Assembly (NCBI GenBank): GCA_034002925.1
Contig: JAVEZP010000004.1
Coordinates: 16,626 to 80,625 of the forward strand
Origin: Patescibacteria group bacterium
Lineage (GTDB): Bacteria; Patescibacteriota; Patescibacteriia; Patescibacteriales; UBA12465
DNA: 64,000 bases
Direction: 5' to 3'
Positions 55,377 through 63,748 of this stretch are shown here, piece by piece. The notes under the pieces are model-generated. The model was given only the letters and a program-made list of their open reading frames with translations. It made no database searches and was not told the DNA's origin. Every line of letters starts with the position of its first letter. The stretch's first letter is position 1. Both the position numbers and the translations under genes were made by a program.

Positions 55377-55386
55377 TTTTAAAAAT

Positions 55387-56202
55387 ATGAAATTCATTCT
55401 AGGAAAAAAAATGCCGATGACCCAGATTTGGGACAATGATCAAGTAATAGCTGTTACTCCGGTTTTAGCTGGTCCTTGTGTTATTACTCAGATAAAAACT
55501 AAGCAGACTGATAATTATTCAGCTTTGCAATTAGCATATGGTAATCGTAAGGCCAAAAATTTAAAAAAACCACAAAGAGCAAAATATGAAAAGTTAGGTC
55601 TTGCTCCGATGCATGTGCGTGAATTCAGACTAGAGAATGATATGGATGTAAAAGCTGGTGATTTGATTACTGTTGAATCTTTTACAGCTGGTGATTTAGT
55701 TCAAGTCAGTGGCACTTCTAAGGGTCGTGGTTTTCAAGGTGTTGTGAAACGTCATGGTTTTCAAGGTGGACGTAAAAGTCATGGTAATAAAGATCAATTA
55801 CGTATGCCTGGTTCTATTGGCGCCAAAGGCCCTGCTCACGTTTTTAAAGGAATGCGCATGGCTGGACGTATGGGCAATGAAAGAGTAAGTATCCAGAATT
55901 TAAAAGTAGTTTCAGTTGATTTAGAAAATAATATTATTTATATTCAAGGTGCAGTTCCTGGTTCAATTGATGCTTTATTGGAAATTAAAGGACGTGGTGA
56001 ATTAGTGATTAAAGCTGCTAAGTCTGAAAAGGAAGCTGTCGCCACAGAACAATCTGTTGCTGAAGATATTAAGGAAGAGAATAAAGAAGTGGAAGAAATA
56101 AAAACAGAAGCAGTAAAGGAAGAAGTAAAAACAGAAGAAGTAAAAACAGAAGAAAAGGCAGAAGAGAAGAAAGAAAATACTGAAGACCTTAAGCAAGATT
56201 AA
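55387..56202 (+). CDS. rplC: 50S ribosomal protein L3 with ~60-aa E/K-rich C-terminal extension
   Basis: MKFILGKKMPMTQIWD...GTSKGRGFQGVVKRHGF.GG..SHG; tail EEVKTEEVKTEEKAEEKKE. Confidence 0.93.
   Translation: MKFILGKKMPMTQIWDNDQVIAVTPVLAGPCVITQIKTKQTDNYSALQLAYGNRKAKNLKKPQRAKYEKLGLAPMHVREFRLENDMDVKAGDLITVESFTAGDLVQVSGTSKGRGFQGVVKRHGFQGGRKSHGNKDQLRMPGSIGAKGPAHVFKGMRMAGRMGNERVSIQNLKVVSVDLENNIIYIQGAVPGSIDALLEIKGRGELVIKAAKSEKEAVATEQSVAEDIKEENKEVEEIKTEAVKEEVKTEEVKTEEKAEEKKENTEDLKQD
56119..56154 (+). repeat. 15-nt tandem repeat (coding, EEVKT x2+) in the rplC tail
   Basis: GAAGAAGTAAAAACA at 56119 and 56134, with a partial third copy. Confidence 0.7.
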
Positions 56203-56229
56203 TCAATTATATTCGGTCACATAATATAT

Positions 56230-56880
56230 ATGTCTATTAAAGTTAAAGTTTACAATCAAAGTGCTACTGCTGTTAAAGATTTAGAATTAGCTAAAGAAAT
56301 TTTTGCTGTTAAAGCTAATGCTGATTTATTACATCAAGCAGTAGTTGCGCAACAAGCTAACGAAAGACAGGTTTTAGCTCACACTAAAGATCGTAGTGAA
56401 GTAAGAGGTGGTGGTAAGAAGCCTTGGAAGCAAAAAGGTACTGGTCGGGCTCGTGTTGGTTCCAGTCGTTCTCCTATTTGGGTCGGCGGTGGCGTTACCT
56501 TTGGTCCTACTAAAGATCGTAATTTTAGCAAGAAATTGAATAAAAAAATGAAACAGAAAGCTATTATGATGGCTTTATCAGATAAATTAGCTCAATCCAG
56601 TTTAATTGTTTTAGAAAACTTAGAAATGAAAGAATTTAAAACCAAGGATTTTAATAGCATGCTAAAAGCTTTTGAAAAAGAATTATTACCAGTACGTCGT
56701 AATTTATTGATTGTAAACGGTGCTAAGAATGACAAAGCATTCTATTCTGGTCGTAATTTAAAAGGTGTAGATATTATTAATCCAGAAAATATTAATATTG
56801 TTGATCTATTATCTCATCGTCAAGTAATGATGACTGAGGAGGGAATTAAGGCTTTAGAAAAAAATTACGGAAAAAAATAA
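56230..56880 (+). CDS. rplD: 50S ribosomal protein L4
   Basis: TKDRSEVRGGGKKPWKQKGTGRARVGSSRSPIWVGGGVTFGP. Confidence 0.93.
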   Translation: MSIKVKVYNQSATAVKDLELAKEIFAVKANADLLHQAVVAQQANERQVLAHTKDRSEVRGGGKKPWKQKGTGRARVGSSRSPIWVGGGVTFGPTKDRNFSKKLNKKMKQKAIMMALSDKLAQSSLIVLENLEMKEFKTKDFNSMLKAFEKELLPVRRNLLIVNGAKNDKAFYSGRNLKGVDIINPENINIVDLLSHRQVMMTEEGIKALEKNYGKK

Positions 56881-56922
56881 GTTAATTGTACCAGCCTTAT
56901 AGGCTGTTAGTATAGTAAAAAT

Positions 56923-57417
56923 ATGGCTTTATTTGGAGCAAAAAAAACTCAAGACAATCAAGACGAGCAAAGCGATAAAAAGCAGGATTCTCAGGCAAAA
57001 ACCGTTAAGAAAGCAGTAAAAAAAGAAAATCCTAGCCTTGATAATACCGAAAAGAGCATGAAGGATTTATATGCAGAAGAGGCGACTAAAAAAACAGGAC
57101 GTAGCAAAAAAAATACTTCTACTTCTAATTTTGATGGCGCTTTTAGAACTTTAGTAAAGCCTTTAGTAACTGAAAAGGCTACCGAATTAAGTGCTCAGAA
57201 TAAATATGCTTTCGTAGTTAATACCGTGGCTAATAAAATTGAAGTAGCTAAAGCTGTCTATGCTGTTTATGGAGTAAAACCACTTAATGTTAATATTATT
57301 TCCATGAAAGGTAAAACTTTGACTCGAGGTCGCATTAAAGGCAAGAGAAAGGACTGGAAAAAAGCTATCGTTACTTTAAAGAAGGGCGAGAGTATCAAAA
57401 TTTACGAAGGCGTCTAA
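56923..57417 (+). CDS. rplW: 50S ribosomal protein L23 with ~70-aa N-terminal extension
   Basis: Core LVKPLVTEKATELSAQNKYAFVVNTVANKIEVAKAV...KKAIVTLKKGESI, preceded by a K/Q/D-rich tract. Confidence 0.9.
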   Translation: MALFGAKKTQDNQDEQSDKKQDSQAKTVKKAVKKENPSLDNTEKSMKDLYAEEATKKTGRSKKNTSTSNFDGAFRTLVKPLVTEKATELSAQNKYAFVVNTVANKIEVAKAVYAVYGVKPLNVNIISMKGKTLTRGRIKGKRKDWKKAIVTLKKGESIKIYEGV

Positions 57418-57444
57418 TTTTTAATCATCAAGTAATCCACTAAT

Positions 57445-58281
57445 ATGGGTATCAAAAAAGTACAAGCTAATACTCCCGGCCGACGTCATGCTACTTTTGA
57501 CGATTTTGCCGATATCACTAAGACTATTCCAGAAAAAAAATTGATTGTTATTAAGAAAAAAAATAGCGGTCGCAATAGTCAAGGTAAAATTACCGTTCGT
57601 CATCGTGGTGGCGGTTCTAAACGCTATATCAGAATGGTTGATTTTAAGCGTGATAAATTTGATATTCCAGCCACTGTAACAGCCATTGAATATGATCCAA
57701 ATCGTGGTGCTCGTTTAGCTCTTTTAACTTACGCTGATGGCGAAAAAAGATATATTATTGCTCCCGTGGCTTTGGCAGTAGGTGATAAAGTTTTAAGTTC
57801 CAAAGAATTAATTGATATTAAGGTTGGCAATGCTTTACCTTTAGCTCATATTCCAGCTGGCGTGGCAATTAGTAGTGTTGAATTAGAGCCAGGTCAAGGT
57901 GCCAAAATTGCTCGTGGCGCTGGTAATGCCGTCTTTGTGATGGGCGTGGAAGGTAAGTATGCTCAAGTTAAAATGCCAAGCGGTGAGATTCGTTTAGTGA
58001 AAAAAGAGGCTTTATGTACAGTTGGTCAAGCTAGTAATCCAGATAAACGTCATATTTCTTTAGGTAAAGCCGGGCGTAGTCGTCATTTAGGTATTCGTCC
58101 TACTGTACGTGGTACCGCTATGAATCCAGTTGATCATCCTCATGGTGGTGGTGAAGGTAAACAATCTATTGGTTTACGTCATCCTAAGACTAAGTGGGGC
58201 AAACCAGCCTTAGGTGTCAAGACAAGACGCAAACATCCGTCTACTAAATTAATCATTAAGCGTCGCGGTAAGAAGAAATAA
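57445..58281 (+). CDS. rplB: 50S ribosomal protein L2
   Basis: [37 protein letters not shown]. Confidence 0.96.
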   Translation: MGIKKVQANTPGRRHATFDDFADITKTIPEKKLIVIKKKNSGRNSQGKITVRHRGGGSKRYIRMVDFKRDKFDIPATVTAIEYDPNRGARLALLTYADGEKRYIIAPVALAVGDKVLSSKELIDIKVGNALPLAHIPAGVAISSVELEPGQGAKIARGAGNAVFVMGVEGKYAQVKMPSGEIRLVKKEALCTVGQASNPDKRHISLGKAGRSRHLGIRPTVRGTAMNPVDHPHGGGEGKQSIGLRHPKTKWGKPALGVKTRRKHPSTKLIIKRRGKKK

Positions 58282-58294
58282 TTTATAAAAGCAT

Positions 58295-58582
58295 ATGTCA
58301 AGAAGTTTAAAAAAAGGACCTTACGTTAATCAACGCATTTTAAAGAAAATTTTAGATTTAAAGCCAGGCGATAAGACGGTGATTAAAGTATGGGATCGAG
58401 CTTGTACAATTGTGCCAGAAATGGTTGGACATACAATTGGTGTTCACAATGGCAAACAACATCTGCCTGTTTATATTGTTGAAAACATGGTCGGTCATCG
58501 TTTAGGTGAATTCGCTATGACCAAGAAATTTGTTTCTCATGGTGGTAAGATGGCCAAGACTCAAGCTAAGGGTGGTAAATAA
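58295..58582 (+). CDS. rpsS: 30S ribosomal protein S19
   Basis: [11 protein letters not shown]...[30 protein letters not shown]. Confidence 0.96.
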   Translation: MSRSLKKGPYVNQRILKKILDLKPGDKTVIKVWDRACTIVPEMVGHTIGVHNGKQHLPVYIVENMVGHRLGEFAMTKKFVSHGGKMAKTQAKGGK

Positions 58583-58627
58583 TAAAGCGGGCTAATAGAT
58601 TTTAATCTTTAGCGGCATGTAAACCTT

Positions 58628-59158
58628 ATGGAAATTAAAGCAAGTTTAAATCATTTAAGAATGTCTCCTCGCAAAGCGCGTTTAGTGTTAGACGTGGTGC
58701 GCAAATTACCAGTTGATAAGGCCTTGGAACAATTGCAATTTATTCATAAATTAGCAGCTGATCCTATTAAAAAATTAATTGAATCTGGTATTGCGAACGC
58801 AGAACATAATTTTAATTTAGACAGAAATAATCTTTTTATTAAAGAAATAAAGGCGGATGAGGGCATGACTTTAAAACGTTGGATGCCTCGTGCTCATGGC
58901 AGAGCGACTGTACTGCGTAAAAGATCTTGTCATATTCATCTAGTTTTAGCAGAAATTGTTGAAAGCGGTAAAAAGGAAGCCCGTAAGAGTAAATTAGAAG
59001 CTCCTTTAAAGCTGGAAGAGGTTGTAGCTGAGGCAGAAAAGAAGAGTGGTACTAAAAAATCTACAAAAAGTAATACAGACACTAAAGCTAAGGCCGATAC
59101 TAAATCAAGTAAAGGTTTTACCACTAAGGTTTTCAATCGTAAAGCTGGTAGTAAATAA
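58628..59158 (+). CDS. rplV: 50S ribosomal protein L22 with ~65-aa K/A/T-rich C-terminal extension
   Basis: Core LRMSPRKARLVLDVVR...RWMPRAHGRATVLRKRSCHIHLVL, then EAEKKSGTKKSTKSNTDTKAKADTK. Confidence 0.92.
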   Translation: MEIKASLNHLRMSPRKARLVLDVVRKLPVDKALEQLQFIHKLAADPIKKLIESGIANAEHNFNLDRNNLFIKEIKADEGMTLKRWMPRAHGRATVLRKRSCHIHLVLAEIVESGKKEARKSKLEAPLKLEEVVAEAEKKSGTKKSTKSNTDTKAKADTKSSKGFTTKVFNRKAGSK

Positions 59159-59189
59159 TTCATAAGAAAATAAACGCATCCTCAATAGT

Positions 59190-59870
59190 ATGGGAAAAAA
59201 AGTAAATCCAAAAGTAATGCGCTTAGGCGTTACCAAAACTTGGCCTTCAATCTGGTTCGAAAGTGGTCAGAATTATATTAAGAATATTCAGCAAGATATC
59301 GCCATTCGTAAACATCTTATTAAAACCATGCGCGAAGCTGGTATTGATAAGGTGGAAATTATCAGAAGCCTGAGTAAGATTAGCATTGATATCTGGACCG
59401 CTAAACCCGGTATAATTATTGGTCGTGGTGGCACGGGCGTGGAAGAATTAAAGAAGAAATTACATGATGAGTTTTTGCGCAATTTCCGCATGGGTGATAT
59501 TAATTTAAATATTAAAGAAGTTAGTCGTCCCCAATTAAGTGCCCAGATTGCTGTGCAAAGCGCAATTATGGATTTAGAAAAAAGAGTGCCTTTTCGTAAA
59601 GTGATGAAGCAATTAATTGGTAGAGTGGAAAGAGGGGGCGCTTTAGGGGTGAAGGTGTCAGTCAGTGGTCGTTTAAACGGCGCAGAAATTGCTCGTACTG
59701 AAAAATTAGTATCTGGCAAAGTGCCTTTACAAACTTTAAGAGCTGATATTGATTATGCTCGTGGAGCCGCTCAGACTACCTATGGCACCATTGGAATTAA
59801 AGTTTGGATTTATAAAGGAGAGGTTTTTGAAAAAGATCAAGATAATAAAGGTGAATTAATTACCGCTTAA
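59190..59870 (+). CDS. rpsC: 30S ribosomal protein S3
   Basis: MGKKVNPKVMRLG, KH-domain GIIIGRGG, GRLNGAEIARTE. Confidence 0.95.
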   Translation: MGKKVNPKVMRLGVTKTWPSIWFESGQNYIKNIQQDIAIRKHLIKTMREAGIDKVEIIRSLSKISIDIWTAKPGIIIGRGGTGVEELKKKLHDEFLRNFRMGDINLNIKEVSRPQLSAQIAVQSAIMDLEKRVPFRKVMKQLIGRVERGGALGVKVSVSGRLNGAEIARTEKLVSGKVPLQTLRADIDYARGAAQTTYGTIGIKVWIYKGEVFEKDQDNKGELITA

Positions 59871-59894
59871 TCAAAATAAGATTTTTATACTGAT

Positions 59895-60299
59895 ATGTTA
59901 ATGCCTAAGAAAACTAAATATCGTAAAGATCATAAACGTCGTCGAGGCGGAGTGGCTACGAGAATGACTAAAGTGAGTTTTGGTAGCGTGGGTTTAAAAG
60001 CCACTACTGCTCATTGGGTAACTTCTCGTCAGATTGAATCTGCTCGTCGTGTTCTAACTCGCTATACCAAGAAAACTGGTAAATTGTGGATTAGAATTTT
60101 TCCTGACAAACCAGTCACCAATCATGGTGGAGAAATGCCCATGGGTAAAGGTAAGGGTGCAGTTGATCATTACGTAGCGATTGTTAAACCAGGTACAGTT
60201 ATGTTCGAAATGGAAGGCGTAGATTTTAAAACAGCTAGTGAAGCGATGATTTTAGCTGCTCATAAATTACCTGTTAAATGTAAGGTGGTGGGCAAATAA
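59895..60299 (+). CDS. rplP: 50S ribosomal protein L16
   Basis: MLMPKKTKYRKDHKRRRGG...RIFPDKPVT.....MGKGKG. Confidence 0.95.
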   Translation: MLMPKKTKYRKDHKRRRGGVATRMTKVSFGSVGLKATTAHWVTSRQIESARRVLTRYTKKTGKLWIRIFPDKPVTNHGGEMPMGKGKGAVDHYVAIVKPGTVMFEMEGVDFKTASEAMILAAHKLPVKCKVVGK

Positions 60300-60325
60300 T
60301 TCCATCAGTTAAATTATCAAAAAAT

Positions 60326-60511
60326 ATGGAAATGAAAGAATTACAAAGCAAAAACCCAGCTGATTTACAAAAGCTTTTGGCCCAATATCGTGAAGATTTA
60401 AGGGAAATGCGTTTTAAAGATTCTAATCGTCAATTAAAAAATGTTCGGGAAATCAGGAAAGTGAAAGCGATTGTTGCTAGAATCCTGACTATTTTAAATA
60501 GCCAAGCTTAA
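60326..60511 (+). CDS. rpmC: 50S ribosomal protein L29
   Basis: LQSKNPADLQKLLAQYREDLREMRFK......NVREIRKVKAIVARILT; conserved position. Confidence 0.9.
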   Translation: MEMKELQSKNPADLQKLLAQYREDLREMRFKDSNRQLKNVREIRKVKAIVARILTILNSQA

Positions 60512-60521
60512 TTAAAAAATT

Positions 60522-60797
60522 ATGCCAGCAAAAAAAACAGTTGAGGCTCATGAGCCAACAACAGAAAAAATCAATAAAAAATTTCAAGGCGTCGTCGTTG
60601 GTATTAAAAATGACAAAACTGTTCTTGTTAGAGTTGAAACCGTTAAATTAAACAAGAAATATAAGAAACGCTATACGGTTAGTCGTAATTATCAAGTTCA
60701 TGATGAAAAGAATAGTTGCCAAGAAGGAGATAAGGTTATTTTTATTGAATGTCGCCCCTTAAGTAAAACTAAGCGTTGGCGCTTAATTGAGAACTAA
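60522..60797 (+). CDS. rpsQ: 30S ribosomal protein S17
   Basis: FQGVVVGIKNDKTVLVRVETVKLNKKYKKRY...YQVHDEKN.CQEGDKV.FIECRPLSKTKRW. Confidence 0.9.
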   Translation: MPAKKTVEAHEPTTEKINKKFQGVVVGIKNDKTVLVRVETVKLNKKYKKRYTVSRNYQVHDEKNSCQEGDKVIFIECRPLSKTKRWRLIEN

Positions 60798-60846
60798 AGC
60801 CGCTCTAACCTTTGCCTGATTCAAGGTAAAGGTGAGCATTATTGCT

Positions 60847-61221
60847 ATGATTCAAGTACAGACAAGATTAAAAGCTGCCGATAATTCCGGCGCTAAAGAA
60901 ATTCAGTGCATTCGTGTGCTGGGTGGTTATCGTAAACGCTATGCTCGCGTTGGTGATGTTATTGTGGGCACAGTGAAACAAGCTGCTCCTCACGCTGCCG
61001 TGAAAAAGAGTGATGTGGTAAGAGCGGTGATTGTGCGTACCAGTAAAGAAATTCGTCGTACTGACGGTAGTTACTTACGTTTTGATGATAACGCTTGTGT
61101 AGTTTTAGTTGATAAAGAAAAGAAGGATCCTAAAGGTACTCGTATTTTTGGTCCAGTCGCCCGCGAAGTGCGTCGTGCTGGTTTTGCCAAAATTGCCTCT
61201 TTGGCACCTGAAGTTTTATAA
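60847..61221 (+). CDS. rplN: 50S ribosomal protein L14
   Basis: [27 protein letters not shown]...IFGPVARE. The ATG at 60847 is preferred over the GTG at 60832. Confidence 0.95.
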   Translation: MIQVQTRLKAADNSGAKEIQCIRVLGGYRKRYARVGDVIVGTVKQAAPHAAVKKSDVVRAVIVRTSKEIRRTDGSYLRFDDNACVVLVDKEKKDPKGTRIFGPVAREVRRAGFAKIASLAPEVL

Positions 61222-61237
61222 TCCATATTTCGTTTAT

Positions 61238-61558
61238 ATGAATATTAAGAAAAATGACACAGTTAAAATGCTAGGCGGTAAAGATCGCGGCAAAAGCGGA
61301 AAAGTTTTGCAGGTTCTGCCAAAAGATCATCGCTTAAGCGTTGAAGGTTTAAATCTCTTGGTAAAACACATGCGTCCTAATCGTGATGGTGAAAAAGGAC
61401 AGAGAATTGAGTTTCCAGCTTTTGTTGAGGCCTCCAATGTCGCTTTAATTTGCCCTTCTTGTAATCGTCAGACTAGAGTTGGCTATAAGGTAGTCAGTGG
61501 TGAAAAAGGTTCAAAAAAATATCGGTTTTGCAAAAAATGCCAAGCCGTGATTGAATAA
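61238..61558 (+). CDS. rplX: 50S ribosomal protein L24 (with CxxC...CxxC)
   Basis: [26 protein letters not shown] (KOW) and C-terminal [13 protein letters not shown]...RFCKKC. The upstream part of the track ORF (61109-61237) overlaps rplN and is rejected. Confidence 0.9.
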   Translation: MNIKKNDTVKMLGGKDRGKSGKVLQVLPKDHRLSVEGLNLLVKHMRPNRDGEKGQRIEFPAFVEASNVALICPSCNRQTRVGYKVVSGEKGSKKYRFCKKCQAVIE

Positions 61559-61567
61559 TCCAAATTT

Positions 61568-62113
61568 ATGCGTTTAAAAGAAAAATATCAAAAAGAAATA
61601 GTGCCTCAGCTAAAAGAAAAATTTTCTTATAGCAATGTGAGTTTAGTGCCAAAATTACAAAAGGTTGTTATTAATATTGGTTTTGGTAAAATCGCTAAAG
61701 AGAAAGAAAAAATTGCCGCTATTGAACAAATTTTGATTAAAATTAGTGGTCAAAAACCAATTATGACCAAAGCTAAAAAATCAATTTCTGCTTTTAAGGT
61801 GAGAGAAGGTATGGTAATTGGTGCAGTAGCTACTTTACGTGGTGAGAGAATGTATGACTTTGTTGATAAATTAGTAAATATTGCTTTTCCTCGTGTTCGT
61901 GACTTCCGTGGGATTAGCGATAAAGGAGTTGATCGCAGTGGTAATATGACAGTTGGCTTTAAGGACTATTCTTGTTTTCCAGAATTAAGTGCCGCTGATT
62001 TGGATAATATTCATGGCTTAGAAGTTTGTTTAAATACTAATGCAAAAAATCGCGAGGAAGGCTTAGCTCTTTTTTCTGCTTTCGGCTTTCCCTTTAAAAA
62101 GAAAGAAAAATAA
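61568..62113 (+). CDS. rplE: 50S ribosomal protein L5
   Basis: MRLKEKYQKEIVPQLKEKF...KVVINIG...FPRVRDFRGIS.....GN...G. Confidence 0.95.
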   Translation: MRLKEKYQKEIVPQLKEKFSYSNVSLVPKLQKVVINIGFGKIAKEKEKIAAIEQILIKISGQKPIMTKAKKSISAFKVREGMVIGAVATLRGERMYDFVDKLVNIAFPRVRDFRGISDKGVDRSGNMTVGFKDYSCFPELSAADLDNIHGLEVCLNTNAKNREEGLALFSAFGFPFKKKEK

Positions 62114-62125
62114 TTAATATCATAT

Positions 62126-62311
62126 ATGGCAAGAACAGCTCTTATTGTAAAAGCAAAACGCAAACCAAAATTTTCCACACGAAAAATTAATCGTTGTTGG
62201 CGTTGTGGTCGCAATCATGGTTATATGCGTGACTTCGGCCTTTGCCGTATCTGTTTTAGAGAATTAGCTGATAACGGTGATTTGCCGGGTATTAAGAAAT
62301 CTAGCTGGTAA
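62126..62311 (+). CDS. rpsN: 30S ribosomal protein S14 type Z (zinc form)
   Basis: 61 aa; [25 protein letters not shown]. Confidence 0.93.
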   Translation: MARTALIVKAKRKPKFSTRKINRCWRCGRNHGYMRDFGLCRICFRELADNGDLPGIKKSSW

Positions 62312-62348
62312 TTTCCGGCCTCACATTATCTAAATTTAGTATAATAAT

Positions 62349-62759
62349 ATGACAGATCCAATCGCAGACATGTTTACAAGAATCCGTAACGCCTCTATGG
62401 TCAAAAAGGCTGAGGTGTTAATGCCGATGAGTAAAATAAAACACGAAATTGCCAAAATTCTTGAAAAAGAAGGTTGGATTAATCGTGTCGAAATAGTGAC
62501 CGGTGGTTTAAATACTCGTCGCCATCAATTTGATCAGTTAAAGCTTGTTTTAAAATATCAAAAAAACGGCAAACCTTTTATTAACGCGATTAATCGGGTA
62601 AGTAAATCAGGTGCTCGTGTTTATGTCAGTAAAGACAATATGCCAGTGGTATTAAATAATTTTGGTATTGCTATTATCTCCACCTCCACTGGTTTAATGA
62701 CTAATAAAGAGGCACGTCGCCAAAATATTGGCGGGGAAGTGCTTGGAGAAGTGTATTAA
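62349..62759 (+). CDS. rpsH: 30S ribosomal protein S8
   Basis: MTDPIADMFTRIRNA...GIAIISTSTGLMTNKEARRQNIGGEVLGEV. Confidence 0.95.
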   Translation: MTDPIADMFTRIRNASMVKKAEVLMPMSKIKHEIAKILEKEGWINRVEIVTGGLNTRRHQFDQLKLVLKYQKNGKPFINAINRVSKSGARVYVSKDNMPVVLNNFGIAIISTSTGLMTNKEARRQNIGGEVLGEVY

Positions 62760-62803
62760 TAATTTCGCGGCTCAGTCTTTTTGTCTGATTCGTCATCTAA
62801 CAT

Positions 62804-63343
62804 ATGTCTCGTTTAGGAAAATTACCAATTCAACTCCCGACTGGCGTTAGCGCTCAGTTTAAAGATGGCCTTCTTCATGTAAAGGGTCCAAAAGGGGAAT
62901 TATCAAGAGAAATAAAAGCTCCAGCTATAGTTACTATTGAAGAGCAGGAAATAAAAATTAGCGTTGATCCTGAGGCTAAAGATGCTAGCGCTTATTGGGG
63001 TTTATATCGCGCTTTAGCCAAAAACATGGTGATTGGCGTGAGTGAAGCTTTTACTAAAAAATTAGAAATCAATGGTGTTGGTTACAGAGCCAATGTCAGC
63101 GGCAAAAAATTAAATTTAAGTTTAGGTTATTCTCATCCCATTGAATTTGAATTACCAGCCGAAGTGACCGCAGTCGTAGAGGGTAATACTATTACTTTAG
63201 CTAGTATTAATAATGAAATTTTAGGCAACACTGCTCATAAGATTCGTGCTCTGCGTAAACCAGAACCATATAAAGGCAAAGGTGTTAAATATTCTGACGA
63301 AACTATTCGTCGCAAAGCTGGTAAAACGGCCGCTAAGAAATAA
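62804..63343 (+). CDS. rplF: 50S ribosomal protein L6
   Basis: MSRLGKLPIQLPTGV...VKGPKGEL...GVGYRA...PEPYKGKGVKY. Confidence 0.95.
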   Translation: MSRLGKLPIQLPTGVSAQFKDGLLHVKGPKGELSREIKAPAIVTIEEQEIKISVDPEAKDASAYWGLYRALAKNMVIGVSEAFTKKLEINGVGYRANVSGKKLNLSLGYSHPIEFELPAEVTAVVEGNTITLASINNEILGNTAHKIRALRKPEPYKGKGVKYSDETIRRKAGKTAAKK

Positions 63344-63364
63344 AGCCATTTTTATCTAAATTAT

Positions 63365-63724
63365 ATGATGAACAAAGTTAAAAAAAATAAAGCTCGAGAA
63401 GAGAGAAGACAGGCTAGAGTTAGGGCAAAAATTAGTGGTACTGCTACTCGTCCTCGTTTAAATGTGTTTCGTTCTAATCGGGGCATGTATTTACAGTTAA
63501 TTGACGATCAAACTTCTAAGACTTTAGTGAGTGCTCACGTTAAAGAATTAAAAGATAAGAAATTGACTAAAACAGAGGCAGCCGTCGCTTTAGGTGTTTT
63601 ATTGGCGGAAAAAGCAATAGCTGCTAATATTAAAGAAGTTGTATTTGATCGCAGTTCATATCGCTATCATGGTCGCGTTAAAGCGGTAGCTGATAGTGCT
63701 CGTGAAAAAGGCTTAGTTTTTTAA
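63365..63724 (+). CDS. rplR: 50S ribosomal protein L18
   Basis: [35 protein letters not shown]...[25 protein letters not shown]. Confidence 0.92.
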   Translation: MMNKVKKNKAREERRQARVRAKISGTATRPRLNVFRSNRGMYLQLIDDQTSKTLVSAHVKELKDKKLTKTEAAVALGVLLAEKAIAANIKEVVFDRSSYRYHGRVKAVADSAREKGLVF

Positions 63725-63748
63725 GTTATTTATATTAAGATTTCAAAT

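Noticed and set aside
59288-59719. Antisense or overlapping ORFs in the track. Examples: 59288-59719(-), 18643-19068(-), 39546-39935(-), 9584-9862(-), 1634-1843(-), 54201-54425(-), and + strand off-frame ORFs such as 50389-50658.
   Set aside because: They lie entirely within strongly conserved genes on the other strand or frame, have low-complexity compositions typical of shadow ORFs in AT-rich DNA, and have no recognisable motifs.
61109-61237. Long N-terminal extension of the L24 ORF in the track.
   Set aside because: It overlaps the 3' end of rplN in another frame. The conserved L24 sequence begins at the ATG at 61238, which has the usual TATATG context.
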